Assembly: GCF_902652985.1 (NCBI RefSeq)
Contig: NC_047023.1
Span: forward strand, 43,648,001 to 43,712,000
From: Pecten maximus
Lineage: Eukaryota
Length of the DNA stretch: 64,000 nt
Direction: 5' to 3'
Within the stretch, counting starts at the first letter, position 1. Every line of letters begins with the position of its first letter. A program made the position numbers and the translations under genes. Below, one piece after another: positions 14,530 through 26,828 of the stretch. A model generated the notes under the pieces. That model made no database searches. It saw nothing but the letters and a program-made list of their open reading frames with translations, and was not told the DNA's origin.

Positions 14530-16330
14530 CATTAAAGTTTATCCTAAAGGAGGTTATTACCCGTGTTTATCTTAAATTATTTATCACACGTGTTTATCCT
14601 AAATAAGGTTATCACACGTGTTTATCCTAAATAAGGTTATCACACGTGTTTATCTTAAATAAGGTTATCACACGTGTTTATCGTAAATAAGGTTATCACA
14701 CGTGTTTATCGTAAATAAGGTTATCACACGTGTTTATCTTAAATAAGGTTGTCACACCTGTTTATCTTAAATAAGGTTATCACACGTGTTTATCTTCAAT
14801 AAGGTTATCACACGTGTTTATCCTAAATAAGGTTATCACACGTGTTTATCTTAAATAAGGTTATCACACGTGTTTATCACAAATAAGGTTACCACACGTG
14901 TGTATCCTAAATAAGGTAATCACACGTGTTTATCCTAAATAAGGTTATCACACGTGTTTATCTTAAATAAGGTTATCACATGTGTTTATAGTAAATGAGG
15001 TTATCACACGTGTTTATCTTAAATAAGGTTATCACACGTGTTTATCGTAAATAAGGTTATCACACGTGTTTATCTTAAATAAGGTTATAACATGTGTTTA
15101 TCTTAAATAAGGTTATCACACGTGTGTATCGTAAATAAGGATATCACACGTGTTTATCTTAAATAAGCTTATCACACGTGTTTATCGTAAATAAGGTTAT
15201 CACACGTGTTTATCTTAAATAAGGTTATCACATGTGTTTATAGTAAATGAGGTTATCACACGTGTTTATCTTAAATAAGGTTATCACACGTGTTTATCCT
15301 AAATAAGGTTATCACACGTGTTTATCGTAAATAAGGTTATCACACGTGTTTATCTTAAATAAGGTTATCACACGTGTTTATCTTAAATAAGGTTGTCACA
15401 CGTGTTTATCTTAAATAAGGTTATCACACGTGTTTATCTTCAATAAGGTTATCACACGTGTTTATCGTAAATAAGGTTATCACACGTGTTTATCTTAAAT
15501 AAGGTTGTCACACCTGTTTATCTTAAATAAGGTTATCACACGTGTGTATCGTAAATAAGGTTATCACACGTGTTTATCTTAAATAAGGTTGTCACACGTG
15601 TTTATCTTAAATAAGGTTATCACACGTGTTTATCTTCAATAAGGTTATCACACGTGTGTATCGTAAATAAGGATATCACACGTGTTTATCTTAAATAAGC
15701 TTATCACACGTGTTTATCGTAAATAAGGTTATCACACGTGTTTATCTTAAATAAGGTTATCACATGTGTTTATAGTAAATGAGGTTATCACACGTGTTTA
15801 TCTTAAATAAGGTTATCACACGTGTTTATCCTAAAAAAGGTTATCACACGTGTTTATCGTAAATAAGGTTATCACACGTGTTTATCTTAAATAAGGTTAT
15901 CAGACGTGTTTATCTTAAATAAGGTTGTCACACCTGTTTATCTTAAATAAGGTTATCACACGTGTTTATCCTAAATAAGGTTATCACACGTGTTTATCAC
16001 AAATAAGGTTATCACACGTGTTTATCCTAATAAGGTTATCACACGTGTTTATCTTACATAAGGTTATCACACGTGTTTATCTTAAATAAGGTTATCACAT
16101 GTGTTTATCGTAAATGATGTTATCACACGTGTTTATCTTAAATAAGGTTATCACACGTGTTTATTATAATAAGGTTAGCATACGTGTTTATCCCAAATAA
16201 GGTTAGCACACGTGTTTATCTTAAATAAGGTTATCACACGTGTTTATAGTAAATAAGGTTATCACACGTGTTTATCTTAAATAAGGCTACCACACGTGTT
16301 TATCCTAAATACGGGTATCACATGTGTGTA
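14530..16330. repeat. 28-bp minisatellite (TTATCACACGTGTTTATCTTAAATAAGG), ~64 copies
   Basis: Direct periodicity; most units carry CACGTG. Confidence 0.96.
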
Positions 16331-16382
16331 TCCAAAAGAAAAACTAGAGAACTGTCGTAAGAAAAATGACATTTCTATAAAA

Positions 16383-16388
16383 TTTATT
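16383..16388 (-). terminator. Putative polyadenylation signal AATAAA of gene A
   Basis: TTTATT on the plus strand about 100 nt downstream of the stop at 16486. Confidence 0.55.
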
Positions 16389-16485
16389 TTTCAAAATGGT
16401 ATATGAAGGATTCACACAATAATGTAAACGAATGTCCATCATCATCTGGCGTCTTCTCAAAGTCGATAACTTGTTTTTGTCTTGT

Positions 16486-18626
16486 TTAATAGGAGCCTAT
16501 GATACAAACAGTGAAAAGGTGTACACATCAAGTTGAACAATTTACAATTATCTTATACATAGAAATGCAATTGGTTGAGAAGAAATTTTACTTTTGTTTG
16601 AATGACATATATGAAATATAATTTTAACAATCCTGGAAGGAAAATGAAGGACGGAAGAATGTACAACATTTATCAGTTATCAATTGTTATTACCTAGCTT
16701 TCCTTTACGTCTGGTACTGACGAACGACATTCCACCGCCTCCCATTCCGCCCATGGCCCCACCTCCCATTCCGCCCATTGAACCTCCTCCCATTCCGCCT
16801 ATGGCTCCACCTCCCATTCCGCCCATAGCCCCACCTGCCATTCCTCCCATAGATCCACCTCCCATTCCGCCCATCGCCCCACCTCCCATTCCGCCCATGG
16901 CCCCTCCTCCCATTCCGCCCATCGCTCCACCTCCCATTCCGCCCATGGCCCCTCCTCCCATTCCGCCCATCGCTCCACCTCCCATTCCGCCCATGGCTCC
17001 GCGTCCCATTCCGCCCATAGCTCCACCTGCCATTCCGCCCATAGCTCCACCTGCCATTCCTCCCATAGCCCCACTTGCCATTCCGCCCATGGCTCCGCCT
17101 GCCATTCCGCCCATAGCTCCACCTGCCATTCCGCCCATGGCTCCGCCTGCCATTCCGCCCATAGCTCCACCTGCCATTCCGCCCATAGCTCCACCTGCCA
17201 TTCCGCCCATGGCTCCGCCTGCCATTCCTCCCATGGCTCCACCTCCCATAGCACCACCTCCCATGGCCCCACCTCCCATAGCACCACCTCCCATGGCCCC
17301 ACCTCCAATAGCCCCGCCTCCCATTCCGCCCATGGCTCCGCCGCCCATAGCCCCACCTCCTATCATTCCACCACCCATACCCCCGCTTCCTATCATCCCT
17401 CCACCCATACCCCCGCTTCCTATCATCCCTCCACCCATAGCCCCACCTCCTATCATCCCACCACCCATACCCCCGCTTCCTATCATCCCACCACCCATAC
17501 CACCACCTCCCATCATGCCACCACCGATTCCATAAGTCGGTATGCCCCCTGTGGAGCGATAAAATGTCCAGCTATTTCCTGGTATCATTGCACACATCCC
17601 GCTAGATATCCCCCCACCGATTCCATAAAAAGGAATGGCGGTGCTGCTTATCATGCCGAAATCGCTGCCACCACCAGCCATTCCACTTCCGCCGGCCATC
17701 ATTCCACCACCAGCCATGCCACTTCCGCCGGCCATCATTCCGGCACCAGCCATGCCACTTCCGCCGGCCATCATTCCGGCACCAGCCATTCCACCGCTGC
17801 TAGACATTCCTCCACCACTGGACATCATCCCTGAACCGGCAGTGGCGGGGAATATTATACCTCCAGAGCCTCCCCCAGCCGCCCCAGCAGAACCTGACAC
17901 AATTTTGGTAATTGCCGATGGACCCTTACCTAAATAGCAAACCCGTCAACGTTTGTAATATTGTGATATACTGCACTCCTTTTCTACTAATTAATACAGT
18001 AGAGATAATAATGCAGCCAATATCAATTATGCGATTTTCGATATAAAAAGATAAGCAGATATCTATTGTCTATATATTTCCATAATGATAGAAACTTAAT
18101 GTGATCCTTCAGCACGATTGAAGCCCTCTGACAAGAGTGAATAATCCATTATGTCTTAGAAAGGTCTATCACGTATCAACCCGACAAACAACTTTTACTT
18201 AGCAGAGATAGTGTTAAAGGAATCATAATATATCGGATAATAAAATAAACATGGAGAATTATCTAAATGACCTGGTAAAAGAGTTCGTTTATATTCTACA
18301 TGAATGACATTTTAACGATGAGACGTAATTAGTTCTTGGTTAATATATTATTAGATGTTGATGAGGTCTGAGTTGTCGTTTATGTTTGAATGTTTTAAAG
18401 TAGTATGATCTGTCCTGAGTATATCCAGGTTATTGAGAGACTATGGTCTAAGCAGATATATTCGTATGCAACTTTTAATAGAGATAATTCCATCTCCGCC
18501 ACTGGGATTATTTATATAAATAAAGACGTTTGTATCCCTGAGTAATCTTTATCTGTACTTACCTCTGACAGTGCCAGTACATACCGCATAACAGAAGAGA
18601 AACGTTAACGCTAGATGGCGCCCCAT
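16486..18626 (-). CDS. Gene A: secreted Gly/Met/Ala-rich repetitive structural protein (abductin/ligament-like), 436 aa; coding exons 18626-18563, 17929-16694, 16496-16486
   Basis: Signal-peptide exon MGRHLALTFLFCYAVCTGTVRG (ag|AAAATG; donor G|gtaagt); phase-1 acceptor tttag|GT at 17929; repeats GGMAGGAM, GGMGGGAM and GGGAM with synonymous codon variation; donor G|gtaata at 16694 joins the terminal exon GSY* (atag|GC TCC TAT TAA). Total 1311 nt, in frame. Confidence 0.9.
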
Positions 18627-19455
18627 TTTCTAAAAATAAATTTCTGGCATTATTATAAACTAAGAGACTATCATGAAATAGAAATGTACAATAAATGCTT
18701 TGGATAACTTAGTGATGATGAGTCTTAAGGTGAATCTGTAATGTATCTATATCTATGTAAATACGCATTATAAAAAGACGTGGGCTTTATTACAGATAGT
18801 ATGGCAGATTGTTGATAAAAATGGGTTGTATGATTTATTAAAGTATGTCCTCACAAAGAAAAATAAAGCAAATATTTTATTTTGGTTAAGCATTTAAAGT
18901 ATTGTAATTTCAGAATACACGAGGTGTTAATGACTAAAGATTAGGGAAATCGAGGATTACTCTTGTACTGCTATTATTGATAATCAAGTAAATTAAGGGT
19001 TGGAGTTAGCGCATACAACCTATTTACTTTGTGTAATCATACCCGCATCAACAAAATGATCCATCAAATGTCAGCATTAATCACTCCAGCTCGAGTAATT
19101 GGTTTGTTTTAATTATATATAATAGTACACAATTTAATAGATCATTAACATCATTTCAGTTTGGACAATAAGAAAGCGTGAATGGATTATCCTGTTACTC
19201 CACAAAATAAAGGTATGCGAATGCATGCGATTATTGCACAGATACATATACGTAGAAATTGCAAGCACTTGTTTTAAGATTATGTGTTGTATGTTATAAA
19301 CTGAAGACTTTTCAAGAGCATGGTGAATACAATAACTTAGGAACACATTAAATTAATTTAGAAGCATTCAGTAAACATAAAGACAGTATAATTTGGTAAT
19401 TTATTTGTATTTAATGATATTATAAATGTATATTATAAACGTTCCTTTTCCTTAC

Positions 19456-19520
19456 CTGTTAATCGGACAGACGCTCCGACATGGATGTGGACGCGTTGTA
19501 TCTGATAAAGGATATTTATA
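19456..19520 (-). promoter_or_regulatory. Gene A TATA box (TATAAATA, 19520-19513) and short non-coding exon 1 (about 19490-19456)
   Basis: Strong donor CAG|gtaagg at 19456, 64 nt downstream of the TATA start; same geometry as gene B. Confidence 0.72.
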
Positions 19521-20090
19521 TGAACCAACAAGGAAGATATTTTACTATCTTAATTAAATGCTGTATCGAATGCATAAAAACTGTTTAAACATGCATGGGG
19601 ACCGTTGTCCCCTAACCTGTCGGCCCGCTAGACATGTCGAACAAGACAACATGACTACAGCCCATACTGATTATAATCAATGCAGTGGTCTGTGACAGCC
19701 GAATGATTTACTAAACCAGGCTTTTCTTCAAATTGAAATAATTGATCCTTGTGTATTTGGTATGATTCATTTCAAGTTTCTCTTTTTTTGTTTTAACAAC
19801 ATGCAGCAAACATGGTATAGTGGTGAGCTATAAAAACTACATTCGGCCCAACATGTCTCGATACATAAGTAAACAGTGACATTTTTACAGCATTAAACAT
19901 CCCCACAACAGTCGGGGTCACATGAGGACGGTAATGGCTACTATGGTTGTTTGTGACAGACAGAGACGTCTGGTAGATATTTTAAATCTGATTTCCTAGA
20001 AAGATATTTATAGAATGTTTGACTTCCTTCATCCATAACAGAAAGTACTGATCGATGTGCTCTAACAATGAATACCATTAGAGTACATCT

Positions 20091-21035
20091 TTATAGCTTC
20101 TGGGTAATTACTGTGAATGTCTCAGGGATATTTATAACTTCTGGGTAATTACTGTGAATGTCTCAGGGATATTTATAGCTTCTGGGTAATTACTGTGGAT
20201 GTCTCGGGGATATTTATAGCTTCTGGGTAATTACTGTGGATGTCTCGGGGATATTTATAGCTTCTGGGTAATTACTGTGGATGTCTCGGGGATATTTATA
20301 ACTTCTGGGTAATTACTGTGAATGTCTCAGGGATATTTATAGCTTCTGGGTAATTACTGTGGATGTCTCGGGGATATTTATAGCTTCTGGGTAATTACTG
20401 TGAATGTCTCGGGGATATTTATAACTTCTGGGTAATTACTGTAAATGTCTCAGCGATATTTATAGCTTCTGGGTAATTACTGTGAATGTCTCGGGGATAT
20501 TTATAGCTTCTGGGTAATTACTGTGTATGTCTCAGGGATATTTATAGCTTCTGTGTAATTACTGTGGATGTCTCGGGGATATTTATAGCTTCTGGGTAAT
20601 TACTGTGAATGTCTCGGGGATATTTATAGCTTCTGGGTAATTACTGTGGATGTCTCAGGGATATGTATAGCTTCTGTGTAATTACTGTGGATGTCTCGGG
20701 GATATTTATAGCTTCTGGGTAATTACTGTGGATGTCTCGGGGATATTTATAGCTTCTGTGTAATTACTGTGGATGTCTCGGGGATATTTATAGCTTCTGG
20801 GTAATTACTGTGAATGTCTCGGGGATATTTATAGCTTCTGGGTAATTACTGTGAATGTCTCGGAGATATTTATAGCTTCTGGGTAATTACTGTGTATGTC
20901 TCAGGGATATTTATAGCTTCTGTGTAATTACTGTGGATGTCTCGGGGATATTTATAGCTTCTGGGTAATTACTGTGAATGTCTCGGGGATATTTATAGCT
21001 TCTGGGTAATTACTGTGAATGTCTCGGGGATATTT
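20091..21035. repeat. 41-bp minisatellite (TTTATAGCTTCTGGGTAATTACTGTGGATGTCTCGGGGATA), ~23 copies
   Basis: Direct periodicity. Confidence 0.96.
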
Positions 21036-22124
21036 TACAGTTGCACCTCGTGTTGCTAGTTTGCGGGGACAAACCCTCACGAAAAATTGCTTTAAAACGT
21101 TTCGTAGTAGACCTGCACACTTTTAAAATAACGCATTCGTCTTTAAAATATACACCTAAGTGTAATGGTAAACACTTAACACATAAATATAATGATTCAC
21201 ATTAACCACATATATCTACAATAAAATCTGTACTAGGGTAAAAGAACGTCCGCTCAGTCTAATCATTTTCCTGTACCAGATAAATTATGAAAATATATAT
21301 CTACAGAAAACTTCGGGAAATTGATTGATTCCAAGAATACCCTTAGAGTTCTGTGTTTAAGCATATATTTTGAATTATTCTTAAATTAGATTAAGTCTTC
21401 ACTTAAGGAAATCACATTTAGCTATAACTTATTGCAGCTGATATGATTATAACTGTTCGCTAATCTGGCCACCATGTTTCTTTCTCAAACATAATATTCT
21501 GTTCAGATTCTAGGAAATGAACAATCTGAAGAAGTGTTTAAAGATTAATTTGTATCTATGCACATCAGGCGCCATTTTATGGAGAGAGATCTTAGTTACG
21601 AAGTGTTGATTAACTGGGGGCAGACAAGTTGATCCAGGAGTATAACATAAACCTTACTTCCTCGTATACTCCACGGTACAGGATGTCTCCTCAGAGATCA
21701 AACAGCCTTACCATATAGACACTACTTTCATTTTCACCACATCTATCAGATAGTTATCTGTGTGTGATGGTTTTATATTCCGTGTGGTAGCACTTTTCGA
21801 TATTCCATTTGTGGTTTTCTAACAAATTCACGGAACAAGCTTGAGGCTGGCAGTATCATCGATGGCCAGACAAAACGGCACTTAAAGTATTTTTAATTTC
21901 ATTGACATTTCACAAAACCAAACACAAATATGCATGTTTAGCCGATTGCAGAGTAACAATAAATTGCGAGAAATAATGACACATCGTCACAATTGAGGAC
22001 ATTACTGTGATATCAATGTTTGTACGTGGTGCTTTATATATTGTAAATATTGTACATTGAAGTCGACCACTTGAAAGAATAGACTTGCGACTCAAAGTGT
22101 CATCAACCCTAAGTAAAGTCTTTA

Positions 22125-22385
22125 ATTATTGTTATTCATTATTAGTATAAATTATTGTTATTCATTATTAGTATAAATTATTGTTATTCATTATTAGTAT
22201 AAATTATTGTTATTCATTATTAGCATACATTATTGTTATTTATCATTAGTATAGATTATTGTTATTTATTATTAGTATAAGTTATTGATATTTATTATCA
22301 GTATAAATTATTGATATTTATTATTAGTATAGATAATAGTTATTTATTATAAGTATTTTTTTTGTTATTTATTGTTAGTATAGGC
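22125..22385. repeat. 26-bp AT-rich minisatellite, ~10 copies
   Basis: AATTATTGTTATTCATTATTAGTATA periodicity. Confidence 0.88.
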
Positions 22386-22732
22386 AAATAAAAGATTGAG
22401 AGATGATAAACTATGAAGTGTTATACTGTAGAACGCCATCACAAGTACATGTGATGTGTTATACATGTAACATGTTATATGATGAAAAATGGCGGAATTA
22501 TTTTATTTGCTGTCAATCTTAGTAAATGAACACTACATACTATAGTTGATATTTAATTTATCCATGCTTGTTTATTCTTTTGAAACTCAATATTTAACGT
22601 TTTTAAATGTTTTGAGTTATGGTGTTCAGGCATCTCCTCATCCGTATTTACATTTCTCTCGATCTTGTTTGGTTTTCATCAGTCGCGCCTAGGTATCAAT
22701 AGAAGGATGGAACAGTTGTATTGTGTCCCTAG

Positions 22733-22774
22733 CATCACTGAGGAGTCCTAGAAGGACGAAACAGCTGTAGGATG
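22733..22774 (+). ncRNA. Minimal type I hammerhead ribozyme motif (Penelope/retrozyme type)
   Basis: CATCA-CTGAGGA-GTCC(tagaa)GGAC-GAAA-CAGCTG-TA-GGATG: CUGANGA and GAAA cores, 4-bp stem II, palindromic stem III, GUA triplet, CATC/GATG stem I; degenerate copies on each side. Confidence 0.72.
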
Positions 22775-23298
22775 TCTCTTACATCACTGACGAGGCTTAG
22801 AAGGACAATCTGTTATACTGGTTTATTTTTTTGTTTTTTTTTGTTTTTGTTTTCTAAATATGTCACTTTGATAAATATGAACAAGTTTGACTTCTGTTAT
22901 TTCAGGAAATTGACATATGACGGAGATAGCCGAAACAGGGACACTAACAATGGCCATTAATAAGAAACCCGTACCAAGCACAATTATATTCAGATCTAAT
23001 TAATTTACTTTTATTGTCTAATCATGGTTGCTTTTGTTAACTGTATTGTGTACTCAATAGTACATAACTTGTTTAAGTGACATTTTATCCGGGAACAAAA
23101 ACCCGCTTTGGAAGGATTAGTGAAATGTATGTGTAGAGGAGGTGATCTTATATAGAGAGGATTCCCCGTTGTCTTAGCATTTGGCATGTAGGAAGATGTA
23201 TATATTTCGTGAAACATACAACACCAACGATGATCTCGTGAGAATAATTAAATTTCTGATCGACGATATCTCTTGACTTTGGGTACCAAATTTTCCAC

Positions 23299-23437
23299 AG
23301 CGGGCTGAAGCTAGCAACAGATTCGATATTCGTTCTTAGGAATTCGAATAACAAATCTCCAGTCAGTTGCTGGCAGCGGATTTGTTATTCGAATCCCCAA
23401 TAACGAATAATGAATCCGCTGCTAACGTCAGCCCGCT
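23299..23437. mobile_element. Foldback/MITE-like palindrome (~139 bp)
   Basis: AGCGGGCTGA...ATTCGAATAACAAATC is complementary to GATTTGTTATTCGAAT...TCAGCCCGCT. Confidence 0.75.
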
Positions 23438-23595
23438 ATTTTCAACAGATTACTTGCATAGCCAAAGGAACAAAAATAGCCCCTCTGTTGGCCGATGTTT
23501 TACCGATGTTGAGTTAAGGGCCTGTTATAATGTCGGATATATATAAGAAAAAGAAATCTGTTCTTGCGAAGGTGAATGCATAAAAAATAACAAAA

Positions 23596-23750
23596 CAAAA
23601 CAAGACTTTGCCGCAAGGCCTTTTAGCTCTCTCAGGCTTCTCCAGGCGGACCAATAATAATTCAAAATAAGAATGGGTGAAAGTTTGTAGGGTCCCCCTG
23701 AAGAACCATGAGAGGGCAGAAAGGCCTAGTGACGAAGTCTTTTGTTCTTT
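23596..23750. mobile_element. Second foldback/MITE-like element
   Basis: AAGACTTTGCCGCAAGGCCTTT...GGACC is imperfectly complementary to GGTCC...AAAGGCCTAGTGACGAAGTCTT. Confidence 0.65.
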
Positions 23751-24677
23751 TGTTATCTTTTATATATATATACAAACATCTAGGTCTATGGGTATGACAT
23801 TCTTGTTTAGAGATGGCCAATTCTAAACTTTTCGAGGCCTACTGAGTTGTGAGTTTTCATTAGATGATAATATTAGTTAATGATTAGGTATTTTTTTAAA
23901 CAATACATGTGTACATGCAATGTGCAGACTAACATTTTTTGAGGTCCAAATGTACTTAGAAAGCTTCTCTTTACAAACCACCTTGTCCGGTTCTTCTGTG
24001 CTTGCTTGCGTTGCTTTTATAGACAGATTTCACTGCATTTTCTTCCAGCAAATGGTGCACACTCAATTTCTTTTTTTCTAAATGTGTGTAGTGAGCGTTC
24101 AGGTACCATAAAATCTCGGTATTCCTAGTTAGCGAGGTCATATTCGAGTATTCAAAGTAACCGAACATATTGTTATACAGAGTTTAAGCATCACTGCAAT
24201 ATAGACTTTGTGAAAGAAACTCGGGGTGAACTGAAAGTTTGTAGGGGCAGAACAGCATTCCGAATTAAATAGACAAAATCGCATTATTGTGTAGAGACAA
24301 AATTCGATACACACTAGCATCAATTTTCTTCAACATAAATGACACAACTTTAAAAAATTGAAATATTATAGCAGTAATGTCTTTGGTGATATGATGAATA
24401 AACAAATTGATAAAAATTCTTATCAATCAATTAGAGTGTCTAATTAACAACACAGTATATTCATTCACCGAAGTTAATGATGATGGTACCTTTTTTAAAG
24501 GTCTTGACGTTTTAAGAAGTTAATCATTTCCAATATTCCACATGTCGCTTTGACAGAGACGTCATAACCAATAGACGCCATATTGACAGCACAGAAGGTC
24601 TATATAACAAATAACTATAATATAATTTTAGATGCGCTGTGGCTGACTACTAAAGTATATAATTCGTAAAAGACATT

Positions 24678-25468
24678 CTTTAGGTTCAGTTAATGTGTCT
24701 TTAGAATCCGTTGACGTGTCTTTAGATTCCGTTGGTGTGTCTTTAGAATCCGTTGACGTGTCTTTAGATTCAGTTAATGTGTCTTTAGATTCAGTTAATG
24801 TGTCTTTAGATTCCGTTGATGTGTCTTTGGATTCAGTTAATGTGTCTTTAGATTCAGTTAATGTGTCTTTAGATTCCGTTGATGTGTCTTTAGATTCCGT
24901 TGATGTGTCTTTAGATTATGTTGATGTGTCTTTAGATTCCGTTGATGTGTCTTTAGATTCCGTTGATGTGTCTTTAGATTCCGTTGACGTGTCTTTAGAT
25001 TCCGTTGACGTGTCTTTAGATTCCGTTGATGTATCTTTAGATTCCGTTGATGTGTCTTTAGATTTCGTTGACGTGTCTTTAGATTCCGTTGACGTGTCTT
25101 TAGATTCCATGGACGTGTCTTTAGATTCCGTTGACGTGTCTTTAGATTCCGTTGATGTGTCTTCAGATTCCGTGGACGTGTCTTTAGATTCCGTTGATGT
25201 GTTTTCAGATTCCGTTGATGTGTCTTTAGATTTCGTTGACGTGTCTTTAGATTCCGTTGACGTGTCCTCAGATTCCGTTGACGTGTCTTTAGATTCAGTT
25301 GATGTGTCTTTAAATTCCGTTGATGTGTCTTTAGATTCCGTTGACGTGTCTTTAGATTCCGTTGACGTGTCTTTAGATTCCGTTGATGTGTCTTCAGATT
25401 CCGTTGACGTGTCTTTAGATTCCGTTGATGTGTCTTTAGATTCCGTTGACGTGTCTTTAGATTCCGTT
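24678..25468. repeat. 21-bp minisatellite (TCTTTAGATTCCGTTGATGTG), ~38 copies
   Basis: Direct periodicity; source of the VSLDSVD and STESKDT pseudo-ORFs. Confidence 0.93.
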
Positions 25469-26828
25469 GTTATCATAAACAGGTCATCGCCTTTATCTGA
25501 TCTAGTGTATCGGTTGTTGTTGTTGATTCACTCTTCTGGAGCACCTGGTCATATTCTCTATATAGTTTAGGGGTCCCTTAATTTATCTATGTTTTGTTTC
25601 AATGCTTTTAGTTAAGATATTGTTCTCGTTTTTGCCATCGGTATTCCATGTGTTTTAGCGTTCGTTTTGTCGATTCTGAGTCACGGTTCACTTATCACTC
25701 GGTATTCTTAATCCAGCATTTCCTAACAGGTATCGCTATTATAAATACTCGGGACATGTTGTATGCCTTATACAGGGGTATACATATAATGTGAGCAACA
25801 TGTATATTTCTCATTGTGGATCAATCCCCTTCTCATCTAAAACTATTATAATACATTACAAGTGAACTATAATATTAGTGATAGCTATTAGTCATCATGC
25901 ATTTTGTCAGTTATGATTCTCCGAAGGAAATAGAAAAGAAACCAATCTGAGTATGATTGTGGTGGTTAAGTAAATTTTAGACAACATGGCTTTCAGATGA
26001 GTTGCAAAAGTTACTGGTGGGATATATAATATGTTCCTGAGCATTTTGGAGCATCCAAATACAGATTGAGACTCGTTTCAGAGTATCTACATTATATCTA
26101 CAGCTCTATTGTAATTAAGGTATTTAAATCTGGTTATATATTTAACCTTAACATTACATCTACAGCTCTAGTGTAATAAAGGTATTTAAATATGGTTATA
26201 CATTTAACCTTAACAAACTTCACTGAAAGGAACGACATTCTCATCGATATCAGCTGGTTTTCTAGTTATCTGTGATTTCTTTGCAATCAATTAAAAAAGT
26301 GTTATTTATTTGACAAATTAAAATATATACAGTATATATGTAATCCTTTGAGATCGCTATCTTATAAACTTGTATTGTATTCACGTCGTTTAATTTTTAA
26401 ACTTTCAAACAAATTTTGTTCGATTTTGTGCAAAACGTTATACAATATAGTTTAACACCTAGAGCCGAGTCATTGTTCTCCTCGTTCTAAGTGTGACGAA
26501 GTACATTGTTTGTATATATCCAAGTTCGTATTCATACTCATGTCTGTCCATAGTGTTATAACCCGAATAGGAACTTTATATAGTGACACTTCAGCGCTAA
26601 TGTAAGTATATATTGATGTTCGTCTTGTGTTATATGTTTTAAAGAAATGGTTCGATACACAAAATCAATAAGAAAATCGATATTTTTTCTGGCAATGACG
26701 TTTGTTTTTAATAATTTAACTGGTATATATAACACATATAGGTCTTGTTACAAAGGATTATATCTGAGGCATTGTTTGTCCTGTTCATCCGTGCGTCTTC
26801 TTTACTTCCGGTCCAGAGAGATCCATAT

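Noticed and set aside
24695-25570. Acidic (VSLDSVD)n ORF resembling a biomineralisation protein
   Set aside because: A 21-bp minisatellite with no signal peptide or supporting exons; substitutions look random.
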